Positions 19,783 through 29,078 of a DNA stretch of 64,000 bases are shown here, one piece after another. Origin of the DNA: Acidobacteriota bacterium (GTDB lineage Bacteria; Acidobacteriota; Aminicenantia; UBA2199); NCBI GenBank assembly GCA_022711715.1, contig JAKLEC010000001.1, positions 112,860 through 176,859 on the forward strand, in the 5' to 3' direction. Both the position numbers and the translations under genes were made by a program. Every line of letters starts with the position of its first letter. Within the stretch, counting starts at the first letter, position 1. Under the pieces are notes generated by a model, which saw only the letters and a program-made list of their open reading frames with translations, ran no database searches and was not told the origin of the DNA.

Positions 19783-20793
19783 ATGACCTTCGCCTATCCG
19801 CATCTGCTGTGGCTGCTGCTGTTGCTCGTGCCGTTCACCGGCCTGGTCATCTACAATTTCAGGAAGAAAAGGCAGCTATTGCGCGCGTTCATATCCGACG
19901 CGGCGCAGGCGCGGACGGTGGTGCGCTCCGGCCGCGAGATCGACTTCTTCAAGTCGGCGCTGCTGCTGGCCGCCCTGACCTTCCTCATCCTGGCCCTGGC
20001 TCGGCCGCAATGGGGCGAGCGCTACGAAACCCTGGACATCCGCGGCCTGGAGATCGTCTTCCTGCTCGACACCTCGGCCTCGATGAACGCCGAGGACCTG
20101 CCGCCCTCGCGGCTGGAGGTGGCCCGCAACCTGGTGGCGGCCGTCGTCGACGCCCTGCGCACCGACCTGGTCAGCCAGGTCAACTTCGCCGGCTCGGCCT
20201 ACGTGCAGTGCCCGCCCACCCTGGACTACGAGGCTTTCAAGCTGCTGGCCCTGGCCTCGCAGCCCAGCCCGCCCGAGGAGCAGGGCACCGACCTGGGCAA
20301 GGCCTTCACCCTGGGGCTGCGCCTGTTCCGCGACTCCCGCTCCAGCCGCCGGGTGATGATTTTGGTCACCGACGGCGAGGACCAGGAGGGAGCCTGGCCG
20401 GAGGCGGTGCGCGAGCTGCAGAAGCGCGGCATCGCCGTGTTCACCGTGGGCGTCGGCGCCGCCGGCGGCGCCCCCATCCCGCTGCGCGACGCGGAAGGGC
20501 GCACCAGCGGCTGGAAGAAGGACAAGCAGGGGCGCATCGTCAAGTCGCGGCTGGACGAGGAGACCCTGGCGCGCATCGCCGCCGACTGCAACGGCCAGTA
20601 CTACCGCCTGGGCGACGCCGCCGGCATCGCGCCCATGGTGGGCATCCTGCGCGCCTACGAGCGCCGCGAGCTGGCGCGCAAGGTCAAGAGCCGCAAGATC
20701 GACCGCTACGCCTATCCCCTGCTGCTGGCCGTCGCCCTGCTGGTCGCGGAGATGGCCCTCAGCGACCGGAGGATCGCATGGCGCCGGGGCTGA
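19783..20793 (+). CDS. batA: VWA domain membrane protein, BatA/BatB-like
   Basis: N-terminal TM segment. MIDAS motif DTSASM. Gene order with BatC/D/E-like genes. Confidence 0.8.
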   Translation: MTFAYPHLLWLLLLLVPFTGLVIYNFRKKRQLLRAFISDAAQARTVVRSGREIDFFKSALLLAALTFLILALARPQWGERYETLDIRGLEIVFLLDTSASMNAEDLPPSRLEVARNLVAAVVDALRTDLVSQVNFAGSAYVQCPPTLDYEAFKLLALASQPSPPEEQGTDLGKAFTLGLRLFRDSRSSRRVMILVTDGEDQEGAWPEAVRELQKRGIAVFTVGVGAAGGAPIPLRDAEGRTSGWKKDKQGRIVKSRLDEETLARIAADCNGQYYRLGDAAGIAPMVGILRAYERRELARKVKSRKIDRYAYPLLLAVALLVAEMALSDRRIAWRRG

Positions 20794-21389
20794 AGCCGCT
20801 GCCGGCCCTGCTGCTGCTGGCCGCCCTGGCCCGGCCCCTGGGGGCGTGGCACTGGTTCGAGCCCGCCGCCCGCCGCAACCAGAAGGGCATCGAGGCCTTC
20901 CGCAAGGGCGATTTCGCCGCCGCCCTGGAGCAGTTCCTCTCGGCCAAGGGGCTGAAGCCGGAGGAGCCGCGGCTGAAGAACAACACCGCCGAGGCCCTCT
21001 ACCAGCTGAAGAAGTACAAGGAGGCGCTCAACGAGCTCGCCAGCGCCGACGCGGCCAGGCTGGGCCCGGCCCGCGCCGCCTTCCACTACAACCTGGGCAA
21101 CGTCCAGTACCGGCTGGGCCAGTACCCGCAGGCGCTGGAAAGCTACAAGCGCAGCCTGAAGCTCGCCCCCGACGACGTGCCGGCCAAGAAGAACTACGAG
21201 CTGACCCTGAAGAAGATCCAGGAGCAGCAGCAACAGCAGCAGCCCCAGCCGCAGCAGCAGCAGGACCAGGCCGAGCAACAGAAGCAGAAGTACGAGGCCA
21301 TGATGCAGTTCCTCAACCAGAACGAGAAGGAACAGCAGCAGAAGCGCAAGCACAAGGCCGAGCCCGCCCGCAATGAAAAGGACTGGTAA
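20778..21389 (+). CDS. batC: TPR protein with Q-rich C-terminus, BatC-like
   Basis: Signal peptide, TPR repeats and a QEQQQQQQPQPQQQQ tail. Overlaps the batA stop. Confidence 0.7.
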   Translation: MAPGLKPLPALLLLAALARPLGAWHWFEPAARRNQKGIEAFRKGDFAAALEQFLSAKGLKPEEPRLKNNTAEALYQLKKYKEALNELASADAARLGPARAAFHYNLGNVQYRLGQYPQALESYKRSLKLAPDDVPAKKNYELTLKKIQEQQQQQQPQPQQQQDQAEQQKQKYEAMMQFLNQNEKEQQQKRKHKAEPARNEKDW

Positions 21390-23136
21390 GCTCCTCCTGC
21401 TGATCGCCCTGGCCCTCGCAACCGCGCCGCTCCTGCTTCCGGCCGCCGACGCCCAGGTGACCGCCGAGGTCTCCGCCTCCAAGATCGGCCTGGACGACAC
21501 CCTGATCTACACCCTGACCTTCCGCGACATCGAGAACCCGCAGCAGCCCGACCTGTCGTACCTGGACGACTTCAAGGTGCTGCAGACCTCGCGCAGCTCC
21601 GAGTTCCAATTCAGCGACGGCGCCGCCACCAGCACCACCCGTTTCACCTACTACCTGATGCCGACGCGCACCGGCCGCCTGCCCTTGCCCCCCGTGACCT
21701 ACCGCCACCAGGGGCGCGAATACCGCACCGCGGCCTTCACGGTGGAGGTGGCCAAGGGCAGCCTCGCCCAGCCGTCCCGGCCGCAGGCTGCGCCGCCCTC
21801 GCTGTTCGACGACGACTTCTTCTCCTCGCCCTTCGCCCAGGGCCGGCGCCAGCCGGTCGACGCCTACCTGCGCGCGGTGGTCTCCAAGCCCGAGTGCCTG
21901 AAGGGGGAGCAGATCCTCTTCCGCGTGCTGCTCTACACCCGCAACCGCATCGAGGCGGTGAACATGCTTTCCAGCGCCTCGTTCGCCGGCTTCTGGCAGG
22001 AATGGTTCCCCACGCCGCAGTCGATCGCGCCCGCGACCGAGAACGTCCAGGGCGTCATCTACCAGGTCTATGAGATCCGCAAGGCGGCTCTCTTCCCCAG
22101 CGAGGCCGGGCTGCTGGCCATCCCGCCTCTGCAGTTCGAGCTGCAGCTGGCCGACCCCGCGTCGGCATTCATGACCAGCCAGGAACTGCGCCGCTCGACC
22201 TCCGAGCTGAAGGTGCGGGTCAACGAGCCGCCCGCGGCGGCGCGCGGGCTGCCGGTCGGCCGCTTCACTTTTTCGCTGGAGAGCCCGCGCCGCGAGGCCG
22301 ACGTCAACGAGATCATCACCCTGCGCCTGCGCATCAGCGGCAGCGGCAACACCAAGGCCATCCTGCCGCCGGCGTTGCCCGAGATCGACATGGCCGTGGT
22401 CTACCCGCCCAAGGTCACCCACGAGACCTCGTTCGCCGAGGCCGCGGTCAGCGGCATCCTGGCGGCCGAGATCCCGGTGGCCTTCAAGCGCCGGGGCGAG
22501 GCCGTGTTCCCGCCCGTCGAGTTCCGCTACTTCGACCCCGAACGCAGCGCCGTGGTCGGGCTGCGCAGCGATCCCGTGCGCCTGGAAATCAGCGGCGAGA
22601 AGCAGGCGCCGGCGGTGACGCGCACCCTGCCCGGCAGCGCCGTGGTGCAGGAGGGCGAGGACATCGAGTTTATCCGCGACGGCCCGCTGCCAGCGCTGGC
22701 GCGGCCGCTCCACCGCCAGGGCTGGTTCCTGCCGCTGCTGGCCGCCCTCTTCGCCGTCAACCTGCTGACGCTGCTCAAGATCATCGCCTGGGACCGCGGC
22801 ATCGCCGCCAGCGCCGGCATGCGCCACCGCCGCATCCTGGCCGCGGCGCTGAAGGAGCTGGACGCCGTGCGCCGGTCCGAGGACCTGGCGCCGGTCGTGG
22901 AGAGGTTCCTCTGCGCCAAGCTGGGGCTGGGCCTCTCCGAAGTCAGCGACCGGCGCGTCGCCGAGGCGTTGGGCGAAAAGGGGCTGGAGCGAAGCGACAT
23001 CGACCGCCTGCTGTTCCTCAAGGGGCAGTCGGAGCTGGCCCGCTTCGCGCCGGGGGGCAAGTCGGCCCTGGAGCTGCGCCGTGACCGGCTGGCGCTGCGG
23101 ACGCTGTTCCGCGCCATAGACCGGAGGACGCGATGA
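21373..23136 (+). CDS. batD: BatD family (oxygen-tolerance) protein
   Basis: Signal peptide, BatD-like N-domain and C-terminal TM segments. Operon context. Confidence 0.75.
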   Translation: MKRTGKLLLLIALALATAPLLLPAADAQVTAEVSASKIGLDDTLIYTLTFRDIENPQQPDLSYLDDFKVLQTSRSSEFQFSDGAATSTTRFTYYLMPTRTGRLPLPPVTYRHQGREYRTAAFTVEVAKGSLAQPSRPQAAPPSLFDDDFFSSPFAQGRRQPVDAYLRAVVSKPECLKGEQILFRVLLYTRNRIEAVNMLSSASFAGFWQEWFPTPQSIAPATENVQGVIYQVYEIRKAALFPSEAGLLAIPPLQFELQLADPASAFMTSQELRRSTSELKVRVNEPPAAARGLPVGRFTFSLESPRREADVNEIITLRLRISGSGNTKAILPPALPEIDMAVVYPPKVTHETSFAEAAVSGILAAEIPVAFKRRGEAVFPPVEFRYFDPERSAVVGLRSDPVRLEISGEKQAPAVTRTLPGSAVVQEGEDIEFIRDGPLPALARPLHRQGWFLPLLAALFAVNLLTLLKIIAWDRGIAASAGMRHRRILAAALKELDAVRRSEDLAPVVERFLCAKLGLGLSEVSDRRVAEALGEKGLERSDIDRLLFLKGQSELARFAPGGKSALELRRDRLALRTLFRAIDRRTR

Positions 23137-23894
23137 GGAGGCGCCGCGCGCTCCGCCTCCTGGTCCTGGCCGTCCTGGCGGGCGCGGCGCTGTCCGCCAC
23201 CGCCATGGCGGGCGCCCGCGAGGACTTCACCGCCGCCCACCGCGCCTACGGCCAGGGACGCTTCCGCGAGGCCCTGGCGCTCTACCAGGGGGTCGCCCGC
23301 GAGACGGGCGACTGGCAGGCGCTGTACGACATCGGCAATTGCCACTACAAGCTGGGCGACTTCCTGCAGGCCAAGGTGTACTACCTGCGGGCGCGCAAAC
23401 TGCGGCCGCTGGAGCCGGCCATCGCCCGCAACATCGCCATGACCGACCGTCATTTCCTGGACGACGCCCGCCTGCCCGCTCCCGGCTTCTTCGTCCGCTC
23501 CCGCCAGCGCCTGGAGAGCTGGGTGAGCATGGACCTGCTGAGCGCCCTGTTGCTGCTGGCGGCGCTGGCGCTCAACGTCCTGCTGTTCCGGCTGCTCACC
23601 CGCGGCGGCCGCCGCCGGCTCTGCTACGGCCTGGCCTTCGCGCTGCTCCTCTTCCTGGGCCTGGGCGCCTGCCACGTCTCCCGCCGCGTTGGCGCGGCCC
23701 GCCGCGACATGGCCGTGGTGGCCGAGGCGGAGGCGCCGCTGCGCAGCGGCCCGGGCGAGGACAACACCGTGCTGTTCAAGGTCAACCCCGGGCTGGAGGT
23801 GCGCATCGTCGACCGCGCCGGCGCCTGGGTGCAGGTGGCCGCCTCGGAGCGCGTCGCCGGCTGGATCGAGCGGAAGCGCCTGATCCTGATTTGA
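23133..23894 (+). CDS. batE: TPR + SH3b protein, BatE-like
   Basis: TPR at the N-terminus, TM segments, and a C-terminal SH3-like region (VNPGLEVRIVDRAGAWVQV...GWIE). Confidence 0.7.
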   Translation: MRRRRALRLLVLAVLAGAALSATAMAGAREDFTAAHRAYGQGRFREALALYQGVARETGDWQALYDIGNCHYKLGDFLQAKVYYLRARKLRPLEPAIARNIAMTDRHFLDDARLPAPGFFVRSRQRLESWVSMDLLSALLLLAALALNVLLFRLLTRGGRRRLCYGLAFALLLFLGLGACHVSRRVGAARRDMAVVAEAEAPLRSGPGEDNTVLFKVNPGLEVRIVDRAGAWVQVAASERVAGWIERKRLILI

Positions 23895-24955
23895 GACCCG
23901 CCGGCCTGTACGTCCATTTCCCCTTCTGCCGCCGCGCCTGCTTCTACTGCCACTTCTTCAAGCGCGTCTTCCGGCCGCGCGACGCGGCGTCGTTCCTGCC
24001 CCTGCTGCAGCGCGAGCTGCGCCTGCGCCGCGACCCGGGACTGCGCGTCGACTCGGTCTATTTCGGCGGCGGCTCGCCCTCGCTGCTCGAGCCCGGCCAG
24101 GCGGCGGCGCTGCTGGAGGCGGCGGCGCGCTCCTTCGCCCTCGACGCCGGCGCCGAGGTCACCCTGGAGGCCAACCCCGAGGACCTGTCGCCGGCGCGGC
24201 TGCGCGGCCTGCGCGGCGCCGGCGTCAACCGCCTGAGCATCGGCGTGCAGTCGTTCCAGGAGCGCGACCTGCGCTTCCTGCGCCGCGGCCACGACGCCGC
24301 CGCCTCGGTCGCCGCCGTGGCCATGGCCCGCGACGCCGGCTTCGCGAACGTCAGCCTCGACCTGATGATCGGCCTGCCCGCACAGACGGCGCGGAGCATG
24401 GAGCTGAACTTCCGACTGCTAGGGGCGCTGCGGCCCGAGCACGTCTCGGTCTACATCCTGGAGAACGCGCCGCTCCCGGCCGGTGCCCAGCCGTCGCCCG
24501 AGCGCGACGCCCGGCTGTACCATCAGGCACGCCGCGCCCTGGCCGTTCTCGGTTACAGCCACTACGAAGTCTCCAATTTCGCCCGGCCCGGCCGCGCTTC
24601 GCGCCACAACCTCAAGTACTGGCGCATGGAGCCCTACATCGCCGTCGGGCCTTCGGCCGCCGGATTCCTGGCCGGCCGCGACTACCGCGACGTGGCCGAC
24701 CTGGGCCGCTACGGCGAGGCGGTCCGGGGCGGCCGGCTGCCCGAAGCCAGGAGCAAGCCGCTGGACCCGGCGCAGCGGCGCGTCGTCACCGGCCTGCGCC
24801 TGCTTGAAGGCATCCCCGCCGCGGCCCTGGACCCGTTCCGCGAGCAGGCCGGCTTCCTGCTGAAGGAAAAATTCCTGGTCCGCCGCGACGAGAACATCGC
24901 CGTCCCCGCGCAGAAAATATTGCTGCTCAATGAAATTCTAGAATACTTCATCTAG
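23891..24955 (+). CDS. hemW: Radical SAM heme chaperone HemW (HemN-like, oxygen-independent coproporphyrinogen oxidase family)
   Basis: Radical SAM motif CRRACFYC. Start is probably TTG 23891, overlapping the batE stop. The tracked start 23339 is rejected. Confidence 0.85.
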   Translation: MRPAGLYVHFPFCRRACFYCHFFKRVFRPRDAASFLPLLQRELRLRRDPGLRVDSVYFGGGSPSLLEPGQAAALLEAAARSFALDAGAEVTLEANPEDLSPARLRGLRGAGVNRLSIGVQSFQERDLRFLRRGHDAAASVAAVAMARDAGFANVSLDLMIGLPAQTARSMELNFRLLGALRPEHVSVYILENAPLPAGAQPSPERDARLYHQARRALAVLGYSHYEVSNFARPGRASRHNLKYWRMEPYIAVGPSAAGFLAGRDYRDVADLGRYGEAVRGGRLPEARSKPLDPAQRRVVTGLRLLEGIPAAALDPFREQAGFLLKEKFLVRRDENIAVPAQKILLLNEILEYFI

Positions 24956-24965
24956 TACCCCGCGC

Positions 24966-25092
24966 TCAGGGAAAGCAGAGGGAAGAGAAAGGGAAGAATG
25001 ACGGGAGAGAGAGTGGGAAAAGCCCTGTTGGAACCTCTTTCCCAATTCGTCTTCCCTCTGTCTTTCCCTCTGACTTTCCTCTCTTATCCCTG
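24966..25092. repeat. GGGAAG-type hairpin element (inverted orientation relative to 37081-37210)
   Basis: Purine arm cagggaaagcagagggaagagaaagggaagaatgacgggagagagagtgggaaaag. Pyrimidine arm ctctttcccaattcgtcttccctctgtctttccctctgactttcctctcttatccctg. Confidence 0.85.
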
Positions 25093-25208
25093 CCGCATGC
25101 CTGAGCCCAGGGGCCCGCTTCATCCCCGGATTGACAAAGCCGGCATATTTTCCTACCCTATAGACAATCGCTGGCGACCGCAGGCCACGAAAGCGAAAGG
25201 AGAAATCC

Positions 25209-26078
25209 ATGATCAAAAGGGTGAGCAGGCGAATCCGTTCCCTGTTGAGCAGGCCTTGGCAAAACAAGCAAGGCCCCAAATGCTCCCCGCAGACGAAGGT
25301 GGCTCAGCGCCATCTGTTCAATTATTACCAGAACGAGATCCGCTGCGGTCGGTTCTGGAAACTCAGCGACACCGGCTTCCGGAATTTTTCCCAGTTCGAG
25401 GAAGATGGGATGCTGCTCTATATCTTCGCCGCCATCGGCGCGAACCGGAAGCTGTTCGTCGACATCGGCGGCAATAACGGGATCAACAGCAATTGCGCCA
25501 ACCTGGCCATCAACTTCGGTTGGCATGGGATCTTCATCGACGGCAATGCGCGTCTCGTCCGCAAAGGCCGGGCCTTTTATGCCCGGCATGATGACACGTG
25601 GCAATTCCCGCCGCGCTTCGTCCAGGCCTTCGTGCAACGGGAAAACATCAACCGCCTGCTGGAGGAAAATGGTTTTTCCGGCGAAGTCGACCTGCTGTCC
25701 ATCGATCTTGACGGCAATGACTACTGGATTTGGGACGCGCTGAACGCGGTCCAGCCGCGCGTGGTCATCATCGAGACCCATGTCGAGTTCGGCCTGCAGA
25801 ACATCGTCGTCCCCTACGACAAGGACTATTTCTTCCCCGGCAAGCATCCCTGCTACCATGGAGCGTCCCCCGTGGCCATGGCCAAACTGGCCGCCCAGAA
25901 GGGCTATCGGCTCGTCGGCGCCAACGCCTACGGCTTCAACACGATCTACGTGAAACGCGGCATCGGCGAGGACGTTCTGCCCGAGGTGAACGTCGAGTCG
26001 GTGCTCCGTCATCCCCGCTGCCTGGAAGCGTCCAAGTCGTTTGCGGAGATCAGGGACTGGGAGTACCTGCAGCCCTGA
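25209..26078 (+). CDS. FkbM-like SAM-dependent methyltransferase
   Basis: VDIGGNNG and IDLDGNDYWIW...VIIETH motifs resemble the FkbM family. AAAGGAG SD. Visibly lower GC than the neighbouring genes. Confidence 0.6.
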   Translation: MIKRVSRRIRSLLSRPWQNKQGPKCSPQTKVAQRHLFNYYQNEIRCGRFWKLSDTGFRNFSQFEEDGMLLYIFAAIGANRKLFVDIGGNNGINSNCANLAINFGWHGIFIDGNARLVRKGRAFYARHDDTWQFPPRFVQAFVQRENINRLLEENGFSGEVDLLSIDLDGNDYWIWDALNAVQPRVVIIETHVEFGLQNIVVPYDKDYFFPGKHPCYHGASPVAMAKLAAQKGYRLVGANAYGFNTIYVKRGIGEDVLPEVNVESVLRHPRCLEASKSFAEIRDWEYLQP

Positions 26079-26146
26079 GACCCCGCGCTGGGGGCGGCAG
26101 CCTGCGAACCGCGACGGATCGCCATGGTGCCGCCATCGTTGCTCGC

Positions 26147-26254
26147 CACTTGTCACTCAGCTCGAAAATCTATCGCTGCTTCTCGTCATGCGTCACGATA
26201 GATGGATCTGTTACTGTTTCGAGTCACGAATCACGAATCACGAATTACGATAGC
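26147..26254. repeat. Degenerate array mosaic (GTCAC-type and CACGAAT-type units)
   Basis: cacttgtcactcag...ctcgtcatgcgtcacgatag...gagtcacgaatcacgaatcacgaattacgatagc. Confidence 0.7.
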
Positions 26255-26259
26255 TCTTA

Positions 26260-26619
26260 CTATTTCAGCGGCTCATTAAAAGGTATCGCCCGCGCCGGGG
26301 CGCGGTCGCTGCAATCGGCCACCAGGCGCAGGTAATCGGCGGGCGGCCGCGGGATTTGTATGCCCAGCTCGTGGGGCTTGTTCTCGAGCTCCCCGCTGTA
26401 CTCGTGGGTCCAGCGCACCACGCCGTCGAGGAAAATGGAGTCGCTGGCTATGGCCAGGGCGATGCGCACCTTGCGGTTGTCCTCGGGGCGGTGCATGCAC
26501 TGGATGCCGATGCCGTGCTGCGAGACATCCTGCGTGAATCCCGGGTGCATCTCGTCGCCGCACTTGCAGATGATCAACTTCCGGAAAGGTACGCGCTTCT
26601 CCTCCCTTTTCTTGATCAT
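26260..26619 (-). CDS. PilZ domain protein
   Basis: PilZ-like pattern REEKRVPFR...DVSQHGIGI. Confidence 0.6.
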   Translation of the reverse strand: MIKKREEKRVPFRKLIICKCGDEMHPGFTQDVSQHGIGIQCMHRPEDNRKVRIALAIASDSIFLDGVVRWTHEYSGELENKPHELGIQIPRPPADYLRLVADCSDRAPARAIPFNEPLK

Positions 26620-26688
26620 GGCCCACCCCTTTTTGTCCGCTATAGACCTATATATTCAAAAAAAGGGGGTTTTCAATCAGGAAATTCG

Positions 26689-28788
26689 TCAGCCGATGCC
26701 CAGGTCGCGGCCGTCGACGAATCCCGGCTTGTCGATGCCGAAGGCGGCCAGCACCGTGGGCGAGATGTCCACCAGCCCGGGGTCCTTCTCCTTCATTTTG
26801 CGGTTGCAGAAGAAGATGCCCGGCACCTGGTCGCGGGTGAAGGCGTGGTCGCCGCTCCACATGCGGGTGTTGTCGGAGAACAGCTCCTGGCCCACGTAAT
26901 TCACCGCCGACTCCCAGGAGACGCGATAGCCCGCCTCGTAGCCGACGACGACGTCGGGGGCGTTGACCACGTAAGGGCCGCGGTAGATCTCTTCGCGGGC
27001 GTAGGCCTTGCGCACGGCCTTCTTGCCGGTTTGCGGGTCGGCCACCTGCATCAGCTTCTCCTTGATCTCCTTCTTCAGCTTTTCGGCCTCGGCGCCGGGC
27101 TCGACGATGCCCTGGCTCTCCCGGCCCTTCACGTTGAGGAAGATGCCGTTCAGCCCCTGGCCGTAGGCGCGCGAGCGGCTCCAGTCGACGTCGGCGTACC
27201 ACTTGCCGCTCTCCTTCCTGCCGTCCTTGAGCGCCAGGTAGCCCTCGCGGTGCAGCCAGGAGTTGAGGTGAAAGCCGCGGTTGAAGGCGCTGAAGCCGTG
27301 GTCGGAGACGATCATCAGCAAGTCGTCGGGGCGCATGCGGGCGAACAGCTTCTCCAGGAAGGCGTCCATGGCCCGGTAGCTCTCCAGGATCGAGGCTGTC
27401 ACCCGCGCGTCGTGGCTGGGCCGGGCCGCCGGCGAGCCCGAGTCGGGCAGGTAACGCCAGAACATATGCTGGATGCGGTCGGTGGTCTCGAAGACCTGCA
27501 CGATCAGCCCCTCGCGCACCGTGGCCAGGGTGTTGAAGAAGATGCGCTCACGCTCCTCCTGGGTGCGGTAGACCTGCTCGACGAAGTTCCCCTCCGAGAG
27601 GACGCGCTCGTTCAGCGACCAGGTATCCTCGGCCATGCCCAGGGTGGCATAGGGCCCCAGCAGCTTGGCCAGGTAGACCGAGAAGATCTTGGGGTGGGAG
27701 ACGGGCATGGAGGGCTTTTCCGGATCGATGTTGATCGGCGACAGGTAGAGCTTCAGCGGCGCCGTGTCCTCCAGCACCCACTGGGCGATGCCGGCCACGG
27801 TCACCAGCCCGGCCTTGAACTCCAGCTTGACCCAGCGCGAGAGGCGGTTCTTCTCCAGGGTGACCTTCTCCCTGCCCACGGCGATCTCGGCGCGCTGCGC
27901 CTCGCGGTCCAGCGCCAGGGTGAAGGGGACCTCCAGCGGCGGGTTGCCCTTGCGGAAGGGGTGGCCGGGCCCCTTGATCTTCCCGCTGAAGCGGCCGTCG
28001 CCCAGGGGCTGCAGGGGCTCGAAGACGCCGTCGGAGATGTCGAAGCTCTCGCCGGCGCCGTCGGAGTAGAAGCTGAAGCTGCCCTGGGTGCCGCGCAGGT
28101 CGGGAGTTCCCAGGCCGGCCAGCATCGAGCCGTAGAACTTTTCCGGGGGGAAGGTGAAGGGCATGCGCAGCACCGAGGCGTAGACGCCCTTGGAGCCGAC
28201 GATCTTCCAGAAGCTCTGGCTCTTGCGCTTCAGCTCGATCTTGGGGCTGCCCAGCGGGAACTCCCAGCCGCCGACGCGCAGGGTGCGCCGCGGCGGAATG
28301 ATGTCGGAGCCGGCCATCTTGGGCATGTACGTGGCGCGGTCGGTGGTCAGGAAGTCGAAGATGTTGTGCTTGCCGGGGTTGACGCCGGTGGTGAAGGTCG
28401 ACCAGGCCACCGGCGAGATGGGCGGCTCGGTGCTCCACAGCGGCGAAAAAGTCCCTTCCCTGGCCAGCTTCTCGAAATGGGGGAACTTGTGCCCTTCTTT
28501 CTGGAAGCGGCGGAACAGGTTGTAGTCCATGCCGTCGAAGCCGATCAGCAGCACGCGCTTGAACTTGGCCTTCTTCATGATGCGCGCCCGCTTGATGAAG
28601 CGCAGCAGGGCGCGGACGGGGAAGGTGAGGAAGTTGAAGACGGCCAGGAAAAAGGCGGCGAAGATGAAGAAGAACGAGCCGACGAAGGCGAAGCCGGCGC
28701 CCGGGCCGACGTAGGCGAGCAGCGGCGCCGTGGCGAGCAGGGTCAGGAGCAGGAAGATCCGTGTTTTGCGCATCATGCATTTTACCAT
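26689..28788 (-). CDS. Alkaline phosphatase superfamily protein (type I phosphodiesterase / nucleotide pyrophosphatase-like), N-terminal TM anchor
   Basis: LLIGFDGMDYNL...PPISPVAWSTFTTG...VSDHGF motifs. Start is ATG 28788 or 28776. The tracked start 28854 lies in a GTGRTA array and is rejected. Confidence 0.8.
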   Translation of the reverse strand: MVKCMMRKTRIFLLLTLLATAPLLAYVGPGAGFAFVGSFFFIFAAFFLAVFNFLTFPVRALLRFIKRARIMKKAKFKRVLLIGFDGMDYNLFRRFQKEGHKFPHFEKLAREGTFSPLWSTEPPISPVAWSTFTTGVNPGKHNIFDFLTTDRATYMPKMAGSDIIPPRRTLRVGGWEFPLGSPKIELKRKSQSFWKIVGSKGVYASVLRMPFTFPPEKFYGSMLAGLGTPDLRGTQGSFSFYSDGAGESFDISDGVFEPLQPLGDGRFSGKIKGPGHPFRKGNPPLEVPFTLALDREAQRAEIAVGREKVTLEKNRLSRWVKLEFKAGLVTVAGIAQWVLEDTAPLKLYLSPINIDPEKPSMPVSHPKIFSVYLAKLLGPYATLGMAEDTWSLNERVLSEGNFVEQVYRTQEERERIFFNTLATVREGLIVQVFETTDRIQHMFWRYLPDSGSPAARPSHDARVTASILESYRAMDAFLEKLFARMRPDDLLMIVSDHGFSAFNRGFHLNSWLHREGYLALKDGRKESGKWYADVDWSRSRAYGQGLNGIFLNVKGRESQGIVEPGAEAEKLKKEIKEKLMQVADPQTGKKAVRKAYAREEIYRGPYVVNAPDVVVGYEAGYRVSWESAVNYVGQELFSDNTRMWSGDHAFTRDQVPGIFFCNRKMKEKDPGLVDISPTVLAAFGIDKPGFVDGRDLGIG

Positions 28789-28819
28789 AGTCCCGGCCGG
28801 CGGCAAAGACGGAAAACAA

Positions 28820-28963
28820 GTGATAGTGGTAGTGGTAGTGATAGTAGCGAGCACGAAAATGCCCTATAGGAAAGTGCTATTCGGATGTTTCCCATGATAC
28901 CAACAAGGTCTTATTAGGTCGGCACATGCAGTTCCTACCACTACCACTATCACTACCACTAAG
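28820..28963. repeat. GTGRTA / TAYCAC inverted arrays enclosing an 86-nt insert
   Basis: Left arm gtgatagtggtagtggtagtgatagtag (28820-28847). Right arm cctaccactaccactatcactaccactaag (28934-28963). Confidence 0.88.
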
Positions 28964-29014
28964 GGCCGGCGAGTTCCATCTTGTTGCGATTAGTTAAATT
29001 CTAAATTTTTGCCA

Positions 29015-29042
29015 TTGATTTCCGCCCGGGAAGCGTTATAAT
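29015..29042 (+). promoter_or_regulatory. Sigma70-type promoter TTGATT-16-TATAAT for ackA
   Basis: Perfect -10 box, 36 nt upstream of ATG 29079. Confidence 0.6.
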
Positions 29043-29078
29043 CTAAACTAAATCACTCGGGCAAAACACGGGGGAGCC

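Noticed and set aside
19410-19786. ORFs encoding PYAVCRTP / PYAVRPGHFPLSS repeats. Similar repeat-derived peptides include HELRITNYD, VTRDA, VIVVVIVIV and SDSDSVCV.
   Set aside because: - They are translations of the 6/7-nt arrays, which are open in some frames by construction.
- No SD or start context and no codon bias.
- The same arrays occur in both orientations.
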